Shown here piece by piece: positions 38,785 through 51,672 of a stretch of DNA of 64,000 nt. The notes beneath the pieces are model-generated. The model saw only the letters and a list, made by a program, of their open reading frames with translations, had not been told where the DNA came from and did not search any database. The first letter of the stretch is position 1; each line of letters starts with the position of its first letter. The stretch lies in contig NC_043003.1 of the NCBI RefSeq assembly GCF_006345805.1, forward strand, positions 47,306,001-47,370,000, written 5' to 3'. Both the position numbers and the translations under genes were made by a program. Source of the stretch: Octopus sinensis (taxonomy: Eukaryota).

Positions 38785-39320
38785 ATTTCTAGGATTTTGT
38801 ATAAATTTGTAAGTACATAGCCTAATGCACCTATAATAATAGGTACAATTAAGAATTTAAAGTCAGGGTCCAAGAGCTGTAAGTTCTGCATTAATTCAAC
38901 ATGTTATCTTTTTCCTGGACTCTTTGATGGTACAATCACATCCACTAGGACGCTAACCACTACTACAGCACATGATTTTTGCTCTCTGTTCCACAAAACA
39001 TTCCACCAATATTCCTTGCTTTTAGAGGTGTGAATACATACTAGTTCTCACATAACTTTGATGTATACATCAGGGCAAATCTTTCCTGTGAATAGCCTTG
39101 TAAATAGTCTTTGCAATTATATCATGCCTCAGGGGCAGGTAGTACCTCATGGACATTATGGGACAGCTGATGATGATGGGGGTGATATCTTCCACACTGG
39201 CATAACAGAACCAAAATTTTTTATCACGACACGGAGGTTTAGTGGTATCTTTGTCTCTCTCATTTGTCAGGTATTTAGTAGCTGTCTCCTGATCCAGGAT
39301 AGGTGGGATATAATGTATTT
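38785..39320 (-). mobile_element. R4/Dong-like RLE-type non-LTR retrotransposon relic (zinc knuckle and RLE region)
   Basis: DQETATKYL...C..C...VEDIT.II.SCP.MS.RYYLPLRHD.IAKTIY, then KEYWWNV, WNREQK and LMQNLQLLDPDFKFLIVPIIIGALGYV; the PD catalytic segment appears deleted. Confidence 0.8.
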
Positions 39321-41419
39321 ATCACAGGTCCAGGAGAGGCTATTCTTCCAATCAATAGTTGTTATCCTCTAGCTTATGGGATATGTACTCATGCGTTGCT
39401 TTTTGCTAGTATGATGCCAAGTTCTCCTCCAAACTTCTGTTTAGGTGGGGCAGTCCAGCCTTCTATGGCTTGCAAATGTATGTATAGTACATCCCCACCA
39501 CACACACATACATCTATAAGATGTGTCTTTGTTATTTTCAAAATATGTCACTTAAATCCTGAAGGTTCTAGATAGTAAACCATTGAATTCTTGACCCAAC
39601 CAAATAAATTGTTTAATCCTAATATACATATACATTTGGAAATAGCAGTAATATTTGAATTTACCTGCCCACCTCATCCTGTCCTCACTAACACTGCAAC
39701 TTTAACTTCTTCCCTTTTTTTTTCTTTCTCACAATTGCCCCAGATTCTAAATTATGCAGTGATGAAACTTAAGAAGTCTGAGAAAAAAAAAATAACAAAC
39801 AAAAAAATTTAAGCAAAATATATAACATAAGGGTGGGAGCAAGTCTCTTCCTTTAAGAATTCTAGGTCAATGTTCTTTGTGAATATTAGTTTTCAAATAT
39901 TTATTTTGTACCCATCCTTGTTACACGTGTTACCTTAATGTTTTGTGATTGATAAATAAATGTCTGGACTGAAGAGTAATGATTAATTAACTTAGAGTAA
40001 AGAATCAAAAATAAGGCAAGTTAAGGTAGATATTGAGAAATTATGTAATCCAAAAGCAAAAATGTTTTGTTGCCTAACAATTTTGCCTTAGAATTCAACA
40101 GGATATAGGCTTGAGTTAAATAACATTTCATATCCTGCCATCTTTTACTTATTTATACATATACTTGCTAAGGGAAATACCTATATTTTTTAGCCGTTAT
40201 TTAGAGACTCATCTGTGCACAGGCACACATATACTTTTAAACATGTATGCGCTTGTATGCACACATCCACACCATACACACATGAATTCAGATTTACAGA
40301 AATAGATTTAGTACCTTACTGCAAACACCACCACCACCACCACCACCACCACCACTAACACTAACATAAGTGATTAATGAGTTTCTTGTATAAGCTATGA
40401 AGGTATGGAATAGAATCATGAGTGAAGCTTGCCAAGCTGAAATATTCAACGATGAAGACAATTTTATATATATATATATATTTCTTTATTGCCCACAGGG
40501 GGCTAAACATAGACGGGACAAACAAAGGGTTAAAGTCGATTACACTGACTCCAGTGCATAACTGGTACTTATTTAATCAACCCTGAAAAGATGAAAGGCA
40601 AAGTTGACCTCGGCGGAGTTTGAACTCCGAACATAACAGCAGATGAAATACTGCTAAGCATTTCGCCTGGTGTGCTAACGGTTCTGCCAGCTCACCGCCC
40701 TATATATATCATCATCATCATCATCATCATTATGTTAACATACACCTTTCCATGCTTGAGACAGATTTTCCATGGTTGGATGCCCTTCATGTTACCAAAC
40801 CTTGCTTATTTCCAAGCAAGATAATCAATATTTCCCCATTGAAACTTGTTCAAAAACTAATAATAATTCTCTCTAATTTTGGTACATGGCCAGCAATTTC
40901 AAGGGGAAGGGGAAAGTCATTTACATTAGCCACAGCACTTAACTGATACTTTATTTTATTGACTGTGAAAGGATAAAAAGCAAAGTTGACCTCTGCAGGA
41001 TTTGAGCTCAGGATGTAATAAGTTTGAATACAATGACTAATTATAGTGAAAGAGAATATGTATAGTGTGTTAAATAAATACAGGTTATGTAGAACTGGGA
41101 GAGGACAGTTAGACATTCCTAAAGGACAAAATGGTATGACAAGCTTCTAATCAGATCTCTAGAAGAGGGAGAAGAGGATGAAGAAAAAGCTAGCGACATA
41201 GCAGGGTAATAGAGTAATATATAAATGCCATGGTTGGGATACAGGTAGATGAGATGAAAAATTCATTTACAAGAATCAATAAATAGAAAAAAAAACACAG
41301 TTGGAAGAAATGTCTCATGAACCTTTGACTGACTAAGATTTATCTTTTTTTATAGTTTCAATTGAAAGGGAGATAAATTGCTTAGTCTTACATTTACGTT
41401 TAGAATGCATTATAAGAAT

Positions 41420-41722
41420 ATCTTGTTCCTTCTCGAGCCATGCCTGGATCATTAGGGCTGGTTTCCCAGTTTCCTAGGTGTATAGGTTCCCCACCTGGAT
41501 GGGACGCCGGTCTGTTGCAGGTGAGCTACAAGATGCAGGAGGAAAGAGTGAGAGAAAGTTGTGGCAAAAGAGTCAGCAGAAGTTCACCATTACCTTCTGC
41601 CGGAGCCACATGGAGCTTAGGTGGTTCGCTCATAAAGACACACATTGCCTGGTCTGAGATTCGAACCTGTGATCCCTTGACCATGAGTCCACTGCTCTAA
41701 CCACTGGGCCATGTGCCTCCAC
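41420..41722 (-). mobile_element. tRNA-derived SINE of another family with an 8-bp TSD
   Basis: Head TGGCCCAGTGGTTAGAGC...GGTTCGAATC; ATAAGAAT at 41412-41419 and 41723-41730. Confidence 0.8.
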
Positions 41723-42457
41723 ATAAGAATTTCAATTTTTGAGCCCTGGAAGAATGAAGGGCAAAGATGACCTTGACAGCATTTGAACTCAGAACAAAGA
41801 ATTCTAACTGAATAATACAAGCTAGTTTGTCTGATGCTTTAATCATTCTACCAGTTCCCACATAGATTAGATTCTACTATATCAAAAATAACATTCCGAA
41901 ATGATCTTGTACTATTTTAAGAGCCAGCTGTTGTGAGGTTATATAGAATGATTTTGTTGAGAAGCACAAATACTGGAAACTTTTTATTGAATTTGATCTT
42001 ACAATCTAAAAACATGCTAGCCTGTTGTTAATTGGTATGGCTGTGTGGTAAGAAGCTTACTTTCCAACCACATTGTGCTGGGTTCAGTCCCACCACATGG
42101 TACCTTGGGTGAGTGTCTCCTACTATAGCCTCAGGCTGAACAAAGCCTTGTGAGTGGATTTGGTAGATGGAAATTAAAGAAGCTTGTCATGTGTGTGTGT
42201 GTGTGCATGCGTTCGTGCATACGTGTGTGTGTGTGTGCATGTGTGTCTGTGTTTGTCTCCCTCCATCACTGCTTGACAACCAGTGTTGGTATGTTTACAT
42301 CCCCATAACTTAGCGGTTCAGCAAAAGAGACAGCTAGAATAAGTATTAGGCTTTAAAAAAAAAAATTCCTGGGGTTGATTTGTTTGACTAAAACCCTTCA
42401 ATTCAGTGCTCCAGCATGGCTGCAGTCGTCTGATTGAAAGAAGTAAAAGAATAAAAC

Positions 42458-42756
42458 AATCATCATCATCATCATCATCATTTAGCGTCCGCGTTCCATG
42501 CTGGCATGGGTTGGATTGTTCAACTGGTGTCTGGGAAGCCAGAAGGCTGCACCAGGCCCAGTCTGATCTGCCAATGTTTCTTCGGCTGGATGCCCTTCCT
42601 AACGCCAACCACTCCATGAGTGTAGTGGGTGCTTTTTACGTGCCACCAGCACAGGTGCCAGACGAGGCTGGCAAATGGCCACGATCGGATGGTGCTTTTT
42701 ACGTGCCACCGGCATGGAGGCCAGTCGGGGCGGTGCTGGCATTGGCCACGTTCGGA
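42458..42756 (-). mobile_element. Short RTE 3'UTR insertion with a 14-bp TSD, inserted in a SINE tail
   Basis: TAAAAGAATAAAAC at 42444-42457 and 42757-42770; (CAT)n tail. Other RTE 3'UTR copies: 657-845, 7870-8010, 8480-8786, 10530-10900, 12470-12690, 12963-13285, 50690-50900, 53480-53620, 53830-53990, 54010-54305 and 63100-63300. Confidence 0.85.
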
Positions 42757-42859
42757 TAAAAGAATAAAACCATTTGGCATGTACACAGCAAAGGGGTTAC
42801 TGAACAAGAAATATGAATGAGTTAGAGATTTCTGTCCTTATGAAAAAACTAACAAAAGA

Positions 42860-43070
42860 ACCATGTGTTGGGATCAGTAGGAAGACAACTAGCCAATTGG
42901 GTGCTTCTATATAGTTCAACATGCTAGAAATAGCAGTCAGATTGCCCTCCAATCACATATTGCTATCATTAAAAAAATAAGAAGGGCACATTGGTGAAAG
43001 TAGTTCAATATATCTCTTAAAAAGATGCCATGCTCACATTTTGAATGTCTTTGATCGTAGGTCTGCTCTG
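42860..43070. repeat. Interspersed repeat family (core ACATGCTAGAAATAGCAG...GATCGTAGGTCTGCTC)
   Basis: Related segments at ~9690-9790, ~32610-32780 and ~60660-60780. Confidence 0.55.
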
Positions 43071-43636
43071 TCAGAGGCCACCTGGAACTTGAAAAACAAC
43101 AGCTACAGCCGTGGTAAGACATTGAATAAGGAAATTAAGAGCATGAGGACAAATGAAGGTGTAGGTCATTCAAAGAGACGCTGAAGACATGAAAGGATTT
43201 GGTGTCCAAATAATACTTCTCCAAGAATCACAGGTAACATTTCATATTCTTTCTGCTTTACAATGATGTATATATAAACAACAGAATACTCAATGTTCCA
43301 ATATAAAATAGGAACTATAAAAGTGTACAGCTCACTCATTTATGCTGTGGGAGCACTATACAAGTGATGAATGCTTTGTTAGTTTGCTGTATTGATTTCA
43401 ACTTTGAATATAGCTTTGAAAGGGATGGGTTACTTCAGGCTAAATTACATATACTACATGAAGATACAGCCTTCAGTGGTACCTCTATAATCTCACAGTA
43501 TTTCTATTGTGTTAATTTGTTCCTGGCAGTCAAATATGCATACTGTATATACTTGTGTATGTTGCCCATTAACCCCTCATTACTTAACTGATTCTCATAT
43601 AAGTCACAGGCTATTTATCAATACTGCATATATATA

Positions 43637-43943
43637 CAGAGTGAGGGACATAGCTGAGCAAGAAACCAACAAAACTCCTTATAGTGCCAAAGATGAACTG
43701 AAGGCAAGACTTATGGCAGCATTCACCAACTTAAACAAGGAGACCTTCCAGAAGAGTTACAGGAGATTCTAAAGTTGTCTGGCAGCCATGGTTGAAGCCA
43801 ATGGCGATTTTATTGAATACATTTACTCTTTAGTATTTCAAGATATTTTTATGTAATTTTGGTAAATATATCTGTTAAAATGAGATGTCAGTGTTATTTT
43901 CCTTTTTGTATAATTTAGACGACAGTTTGTTCACCGTACCCTG
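43637..43943 (+). mobile_element. Tc1/mariner-superfamily transposase C-terminal relic with right end
   Basis: EQETNKTPYSAKDELKARLMAAFTNLNKETFQK..RRF*SCL.AMVEANGDFIE; ends CACCGTACCCTG|TA. Confidence 0.7.
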
Positions 43944-46412
43944 TATGAATATATGCTTAGATGAAAAGCCCATCCTTATGTTAATGAACCTTTAATTTTG
44001 TATATTTAATTATTTGATTTCATTGATTACTTGCAATAACAAAAGATACAACACACCCCAACTATCCAGGCTATCTAATTATATCAAATGTATTTTCTGG
44101 TGTAAAACATGTTTGGAGGTATATCAAAGGGAGTAAATTACAGGCCAGCTAAGCATGGATTATACATAATGGCAGTTTGTTCTACTTCCATATGAGGGGT
44201 AACTATTTATGGTAGCAATTTAGTTTATGTTGCAAATACCAAAGCCCCTCAACATTATTCACTTTGAGCAACATTATTACTGTTTAGTAAGATTAACTTA
44301 CAAAGGAATTTTGTAGCCCTTTATAAGTTGAGGAGAGTTGGCTATTATTTTGCAACAAGTGGTGTAACTTTTAGTCATCATCATATCCATCATTTTCATT
44401 ACCATAATTATTTCCATAGGTACAGGCATGACTTCCCAACCACATGGTTCCAGGATTAGCCCCACTGCATAGCACCTTGAGCAAGTGCCTTCTACTATAT
44501 CCTCAGGCTGACCAAAGCCTTGAGTGGATTTGGTAGTCAGAAACTGAAAGAAGCTTATTGTATGTATGTGTGTGTGTTTGTGTTTCCTCTACCACCACTT
44601 GACAACTGGTGTAGGTGTGTTTACATTCCCTTAACCTAGCAGTTTGGTTAAAGAGACCAATAAAATAAGCACAAGACTTAAAAAGAAAAATATTGGGGGT
44701 GGGGTGGGCGATTAATTTCATAAATTCTTCAAGGTGGTAGATCACAGTCTAGAAGCAAGTAAAAGATATAATCCACACCAAAGCATGGGAGTTAACATAA
44801 TTAATATCATGATTTCATGATTGATCATTCAAAAATTGGTTGCTAAGCAATATTTATTTTTATAGACCATTATGATTCCCAATCATCAAAATTGTGATGA
44901 AATTATTCGGTCTTCTAACCCATTTTTTTGAAAGTTATGAGGAAACAAAGTTGACTTGTGTAAATTATCCAAAACCTTTCTCCCCACTCTTGGAAAATTT
45001 TTCACTACAAATTCAAATATAATCGAAATCTAAACCATCTGAAACATACTTGTAGAAAATTTCATTAAACATATCCAATTTTTTCTGGAAGTTATGAGGA
45101 AACAAAGTCGGGAGAGGGAGGTGTGCATTTCTGTAGATATGCCAAAACTACACCCCCAGATTTCTAAGACAAATATCATGGGGCTGATATGTTATTTTTT
45201 GCTTCATGGAAAAATTTCATTTAGTAAACGAATATTATTAAATAATAGTCTCCAAATTCACATCAACATTTATTTTGATTCAAGCTTCATGTAAAGTATA
45301 AACTACTGACTTATAAGACTAAAATTTATTTCAATTTGAGATCACAAACCGAAAGAATGCCATAATACTGACAAAAGAATCGTAAATGAAGAAACCACTA
45401 AAACAGACAATAAATAAATAGGATATTACAAGAGTAGTAAGAATGGATAACTATTCACGCAAATCTGACAGACAAGGTTGATAGGCCAACTTAGTTTTTA
45501 AAAAAAATACATTGACACAATTTCCCCGGCCTATATCAATTAACCTCTTCCCGCCCTCTCTGCCCCTCCTCGAACTTTGAGAGCAAAAGTTTAAATAAGG
45601 GGGAGATAACCCTACAAAACCACAAAAATACTTAATATATCTTCCTACTGTTTCTCCATATACACAAATATTTCATATAGAGTTGTTGGAAAAGTGAGGC
45701 CACTTTTATGGTGTTGTAATATATTTCTTATTACACGGGTATTGCAGGTAAATGATTACCATTCTTACTCTTAGATGAATGCTTTTATTGTGTAAAGTAG
45801 CCCGATGCAGTAAGTAGTAGTCTTGCCAAAATTGAAATGTAACAAGGCGGGAAGTTTGAAGAATTTGAAGAACAGATGGTGCGAAAATATTTTCTTAGAT
45901 ATTTCTTTGTGTTAACATTTAAAGGGGGTCTTATGATCTCTAAAACAACAGCTCAATCCTGCTATATATATATATATAATATCATATCATATTATATTAT
46001 TTCAAAACTAACGAATTTCTGGCATGATGTAGTGAGTCATATTTTGGAAAATGATTCGGTCATTGTCGTCTGATCTTTAACCTTTATCCTATTTCTTTAG
46101 ACTGTTTCCATTCTAATTTTAGTTAGAGGCTTTTTATTGTGTATTTTGTGAAAAAATAATCCAGCACTATTAAGTAGAAGTTTTAGTGTTAACATACACA
46201 TTGAAACTGTCTTAAATTTAAAAAAAGACAAAAAAAATTGGTCTTTTTTAAAAAATTTTCCTTCTTGTCGTTAATCATTAGAATTAAGTTTCTACTGAAT
46301 TCCTAAAGGTTTGAGGCTAAAATGTATTAATTTTAACGGCATAAAATCTTCAGTCCCATCTTCAAAGTTTTTCTTTGTCACGTCATTCGATCCCAGCAGT
46401 GTTTTTCTTTAC

Positions 46413-46640
46413 TTCCTACGAAACCAAAGTAATGCAATTCTTGCATCCTTTTCCATTAATTTCTTTTTCTTTCATATATTTCTGAGGTTCTGGCTGTGAC
46501 AAAAGAAAAACAAACATGAAAGGTGACAACTAAAAATTTTACACCGTTATCTTTTGGTCGTTTTACACTTCGTACAAGTACCTGCTGCTTGCTTTCGAAA
46601 AGTTTATCACTTGCTCTGTTCAACTCCTTTCTTATCACGG
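46413..46640 (-). other. 5' exons of an unidentified minus-strand transcript (exon ending 46582, 88-nt intron 46494-46581, next exon from 46493 to about 46413)
   Basis: Donor CAG|GTACTT; strong acceptor TTTCATGTTTGTTTTTCTTTTGTCACAG|; candidate downstream donor AA|GTAAAG at 46412. Coding status unresolved. Confidence 0.5.
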
Positions 46641-47100
46641 CACATCAGTTTTACGAATTTCATTAACTATCGTTAAGTACTTAGGTTTATTCATTCGACT
46701 ACTTCAATCCCTCTACATTTGTGGCCTTGTGTTTACGCTAGAAGTAATTAGTAATGACCAAACTGAATGTGTTCGAAGTACGTTTATGTCACGAACGTGT
46801 GAGAATTAGAAATAGTCGCACGCCTAATCGTCTCTGGATACTCTATCGCTGAATAGTTTAAAAGACAGGTAATTAAACACTATATTTTGTACGCGAAATA
46901 TATTGTAAAATAGCTACAACATATGCCATTAATTTCCGGTGCGAAAATTACACGTGGGTATAAACAAGAGAGCTGTTGTAATGCATCTGGGCACTATATA
47001 AACAATTTTTTTCATGTATTATAGTTGTTGATTAACTAGAGACCTGCTCTGATCAAGGGAGACATGATCGAAAGAAGGCATTCAATCCGTTACAAAATTC
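46582..47100. promoter_or_regulatory. Probable bidirectional promoter (RRP8 on +, unidentified spliced transcript on -)
   Basis: CpG-retaining non-repeat DNA; ETS-like ATTTCCGG 46932-46939 and E-box CACGTG 46951-46956; minus-strand donor CAG|GTACTT at 46581 and candidate plus-strand donor G|GTAATG at 47391. Confidence 0.5.
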
Positions 47101-48269
47101 ACTTTTATTCGAACATATTATGTCAAGGAGTATGTTATGATGCAATGTTTTCTGCATCATAAAAACTATAATTCGAAGATTTGACCGTTTCTAGCAGTTT
47201 GATCAACCACAGAAAGACGACTCTCATTGGAACGACTGTGGAATTGAAGTGTTTGTTGTGAGTCACAGAGAAAAATCCACAACAAAAGTTGTGAAGTTTC
47301 ACATCCCAACTTATGCAGTTGTATCCATCTTTTGATGGATGGACGCCGCAAAGTGGACTTGGTGTCGGCAACTGTTTTTTTTTTTTTTTGGTAATGCAAT
47401 GAGTTTTTTTGGGTTGTCTCAAAAATAATTCAAAGGGCAATACAATTGTCCCCTTGGTGCGATGTATCATAAAGGAGCATGTGCATACCTCTATATTTTT
47501 TATTGATTTCCTGTTTTGCATTTTACCATTCTCTTACAGTTTACAAATGTTAATTATTGTTGTTGTTTTTCCCACTGTATTGTTCTGAATTTTAATTGTA
47601 ACAGTTTCAAATGATATAAAATTTAACATTTCTTTTTGGTAGATTCATTAGGAATTACGATTGTCTGGTGAAAGGCATTCCAACCATAGCCGTCTCGTCG
47701 TTATTGTTTACCGGACTACACTGTATGACATTAAGGTCAGGGAGAGTGTGATTTTGGGTAAATTTGGTTGGTTTTCTATTAATCGAACTCCGACGTTAAG
47801 ATACCTTTGTGTTGGTTCCTTAAATGTATGTGTCTTCGTGTTCGTGTCCCATCACTGCTTGACAATCGGTGCTGGTTTGTTTACATCCCCTTTAAGCGGT
47901 TCGAAAAAAGAGATTGATAGAATAGGTATTGGGTTGGTTCGGCTGAACCCTTCGAGGCGGTGCCCCAGCATGGCTGCAGTCCAGTGGCAAGAGATAGGTG
48001 TGTGTGATTAGGAAATTTGTTTTGCAATCAAGTAGTTTGAGCTATTGTCTTCTACTATAGCGTAAGGTTGACTAATATTTATGAAATCGATGAAGTAAGA
48101 ACCGATGTAGTCCAATATAGTCAGTCAGATGACTGAACCTATTAAAAACCCGTGAAATAGGTGTATATGTATTGAATATTGTGACACAAATATGGATTAA
48201 AAAGCTCGATGGAAACACATGATATATGTATATTTTAATGGGAAACCCCAGAACGTTGCACTAAGATGG

Positions 48270-48450
48270 AACTGACCGCGTGTGTACCGTTGGCGATTTT
48301 TTTCCCCTCCGTCTTCCCTTCTCTGGATCTTTCCTTTTCCTATGTTTCTGACGAAGAGCTCCGCTCAAAACGTTAAACCCTCCTTCTTCCCTTCCTTCCT
48401 GAGCATCCAATAATACTATATTTGTTCCACGTCCTCGCGTTGTTGTGTTT
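48270..48450 (+). mobile_element. Penelope-type terminal repeat fragment with a minimal type I hammerhead-ribozyme fold (G12 substituted)
   Basis: GTTT-CTGACGA-A-GAGC-TCC-GCTC-AAAA-CG-TT-AAAC at 48344-48378. PLE assignment is inferred from the known association of minimal hammerheads with Penelope elements. Confidence 0.6.
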
Positions 48451-48949
48451 TCATGTTTGGATTAACTTTATATATATATATATTTGTGCAGGCATGACTG
48501 TGTGGTAAGGAGTTTGCTTCCCAGCCACATGGTTCTAGGTTCAGATCATACTGTGGCAAGTTAGGCAAATGTTTTGTACTATAGCCTCGAGCTGACCAAA
48601 ACCTTGTGAGTGGATTTCGTAGACAGAAACTGAAAGAAGCTCATGTGTGTTCATCACCACCACAGAGTAGGTGTGTTTATGTTCCCTGTAACTTAGCAGT
48701 TCGGCAAATAAATCCAATGGAATAAGGACTAGGCTTTAAAAAAATAAATACTGGGAGCGATTCATTCAACTAAAGATTGTTTAAGGCAGTGCCCTATCAT
48801 GACTGCAGTCTGATTGAAACAAAGAAAAAAGTTAAAGCTATTTTATCTTTATTTTGTTGTTGCAGTTTTAACAATTATATTGTTGTTTAATAAATTGGAC
48901 TTTATTGTTTATTAAAATACTTCTTTTTCTTTTTTAATCAAGGTTAATA

Positions 48950-49972
48950 ATGCCTTCATCTAGTGAAAGTGATATACCTGATCCATTTTTAACTAAACGT
49001 CGAAAAAAGAGGAAAATTATACATAAAAAGGCATCCAGTTCTCAGAAATCAGTTTCTGCCAGTGCAAGTGAAGTTGTATCTAAAATCACCAACTTATCAA
49101 GATATCTACCTTCAAACAAGCTAACTGAAAAGAGCAAGAATAAGAAAAGATGGAAGGATATTAGAAAGCAAAATCAAAAGGTTGATAGCATTGTTCTGAA
49201 GAAAAGCCAGGGGGTTTGCAAAAGCAAAAATTTGCCCAAAGGAAAGGGTTTAAAGAAATTACAATTGGCAATGGGTGTAAAATGTTCAAAAGATGAGAAG
49301 AAAGACAAGCAAGCTGAGCACATTCATAAATTACAAGAGAAACTTAATGCTGCAAGGTTCCGTTATTTAAATGAAAAATTATATACTGAGACTGGACAGA
49401 AATCATACATTTATTTCCAGTCTGACAAAGAAGCATTCAAAATATATCACAGTGGTTTCCAAAGTCAGGTGAAAAAATGGCCTGTGAATCCTCTTGAAAA
49501 AATCCTTGATTATGTACGACAGACACCACGCTCATCGAAAGTTGTAGACTTTGGTTGTGGTGAGGCTCTGCTAGCACAAAATGTCCCACATGAAGTGTTC
49601 TCGTATGATCTTGTGGCTTTGAACAAACATGTCACTGCTTGTGATATGGCACATGTGCCACTCAAGATTGCCAGTATGGATACAGCTGTCTTTTGTTTGT
49701 CTTTGATGGGTACCAATATGGTTGACTACATTGCTGAAGCTGCTCGGGTACTGAAACACAAAGGTATCTTGCTGGTTGCTGAAGTGGTCAGTCGATTCAA
49801 GAAACAGCTTGACTTTGTGAGAGAAATTGAGAAAATGGGTTTCTCACATTTGTCAACTTCCAGTTACAAACTGTTTGTGATAATGAAATTTATGAGAGAT
49901 TCTTCAAAACCTAAAAAAGACAAACAGAACATTTCTTTAAGCTTAAAGCCATGTGTATATAAGAAGAGATGA
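48950..49972 (+). CDS. RRP8: Ribosomal RNA-processing protein 8 (nucleomethylin, large-subunit rRNA m1A methyltransferase); single-exon CDS, 340 aa
   Basis: Lys-rich N-terminus, then the RRP8-family motifs ARFRYLNEKLYT, YHSGFQSQVKKWPVNPL, SAM-binding VVDFGCGEA, YDLVALN..VTACDMAHVPL, AVFCLSLMGTN, EAARVLK..G.L.VAEV.SRF and the terminal LKPCVYKKR*. A polypyrimidine/AG acceptor (AG 48941-48942) lies 7 nt before the ATG. Confidence 0.96.
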   Translation: MPSSSESDIPDPFLTKRRKKRKIIHKKASSSQKSVSASASEVVSKITNLSRYLPSNKLTEKSKNKKRWKDIRKQNQKVDSIVLKKSQGVCKSKNLPKGKGLKKLQLAMGVKCSKDEKKDKQAEHIHKLQEKLNAARFRYLNEKLYTETGQKSYIYFQSDKEAFKIYHSGFQSQVKKWPVNPLEKILDYVRQTPRSSKVVDFGCGEALLAQNVPHEVFSYDLVALNKHVTACDMAHVPLKIASMDTAVFCLSLMGTNMVDYIAEAARVLKHKGILLVAEVVSRFKKQLDFVREIEKMGFSHLSTSSYKLFVIMKFMRDSSKPKKDKQNISLSLKPCVYKKR

Positions 49973-51672
49973 TGTGCCAATAATTGACAATAATTTACCT
50001 TAAGTTCTATTTACAGAAACAACCAGACCATGTTCCTTACATACACTGTATTTGCCTTCATGTCTATACACTAACATTAGATTAAAAACATGTACTCCAA
50101 TAGTACAGATGACTATGGTTACATATTGAAATTATGCTGACTACATTCAATTTTTCATGTACGAAACATACAAACATACATACACACACACTTGTCTACA
50201 AGAATGCATGCATATAGAAAATGTTAAATAGTTATTTAAAATTGTGCTTATGCTCATATATGTACTAAGAAATGCATACATACTTGTATTTTGTATGACT
50301 ATTGCCACACTGTATTAATCTGCTATATATTGTAAATTATGTGCCTTGACTAAACCATAACCTCATTGCATATCAAAACACGTCTTCCATGCCACATTGA
50401 TGATGCTTTGTGTAACATATCGAAAATTTTGTACAACATTTCACCATAACTTATATTATCATGCTTTTAAAAAGCTGCTATTCTTTTGGTCCATGTAGCC
50501 TCAGTATTTGAATAATGATTTCTCATGTCAACATAAATTGTAAAGGAGTGCATAGCTGATTGAATCACAAAATATTTGAAATATGAAAAGCAGGAGTTAG
50601 AGTTAACATTAAGGTATAATAATTAAACACTATAAGGCACTTTTGGGTGGCAGCTTACCATTTCTACCATTCATTGAGATCCTAAAACCAAGCTGCTATG
50701 TAAAAAGCATTGGTGTGGATGCTGGTGCCACGTAAAAAAGCACTCAGTATACTTTAAAGTGGTTGGCATCAGGAAGGGCATCCAGTCGTAGAATCCAAGC
50801 CAAACAGGCTGTGGAACATTGTGTGGCCCCTGGCCTTGCCAGTCCCTATCAAACGTCCAACCCATGCCAGCATGGAAAACATGTTGGATGATGATGATGA
50901 TACTGTTCTTGTAGGAGTTTAATATTAATTTGAAGTATATTTAGATACTGAAACTGGGGTGTTGTAGTAAATATATTGAAAGTATTTGGTAGTTTTTTTT
51001 TGTTGTTTTTTTGTTGTCTTCCTTTATGTTCTGAGTTCAAATCCAGCTCGGGTTCACTTAACATTTAATCTCTTTGGATTTGATAAATTATCTACTGAGA
51101 CTGAAATAGTTGACTATGGACTCCACTTCTGTACAAAATTTTGACTTGTGTTCTTATATCAGTGGATGCAGCCATGCTTGGGCTCCACCTTGAAGGTTGT
51201 AGCCAAATAAATTGACTCCAGCACTTAATTGAAGCCTGGTACTTATTATATCAGTCTCTTTTGCTGATCTACTAAGTCACAGAGACATAAACTAACATCA
51301 GTTGTCAAGTATTGGTGGGGACAAACACAAAGACACATAGAGGACCAGCTTCTTTCAGTTTTCTTCTACGAAATCCACCCACATGGCTTTGGTTGGCCTG
51401 AAGCTATAATGGAAAACACTTGTTCAAGGTACTGTGCAGTGGGACTGAATCCAAGACCATGTGGTTGGGAACCAGATTTCTTACCACACAGCCATACCTG
51501 TGTGTGTGTTAAAAATCATAAATTAAATGGATGAGGCTGATAGCTAAAATGGTAGAGTGCTAGACCAAATTTCTGAGTTTATGGATTTATTATGTGTAAT
51601 TGAAGGTTCAGTATTTGTTGTTGACTTATCTCCAGTATAGTTGGAGAATATCTTGTCTTGTAGAATTTTATT

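Noticed and set aside
39733-39777. 45-nt minus-strand segment with strong acceptor and donor (also 55455-55677)
   Set aside because: Stops in all frames; such signals arise by chance in AT-rich DNA and cannot be supported without RNA data.
46413-46456. MEKDARIALLWFRR resembles the photolyase/cryptochrome N-terminal xWFRxDLR motif
   Set aside because: Only 14 codons, and I found no downstream exon with the LRLHDN continuation.
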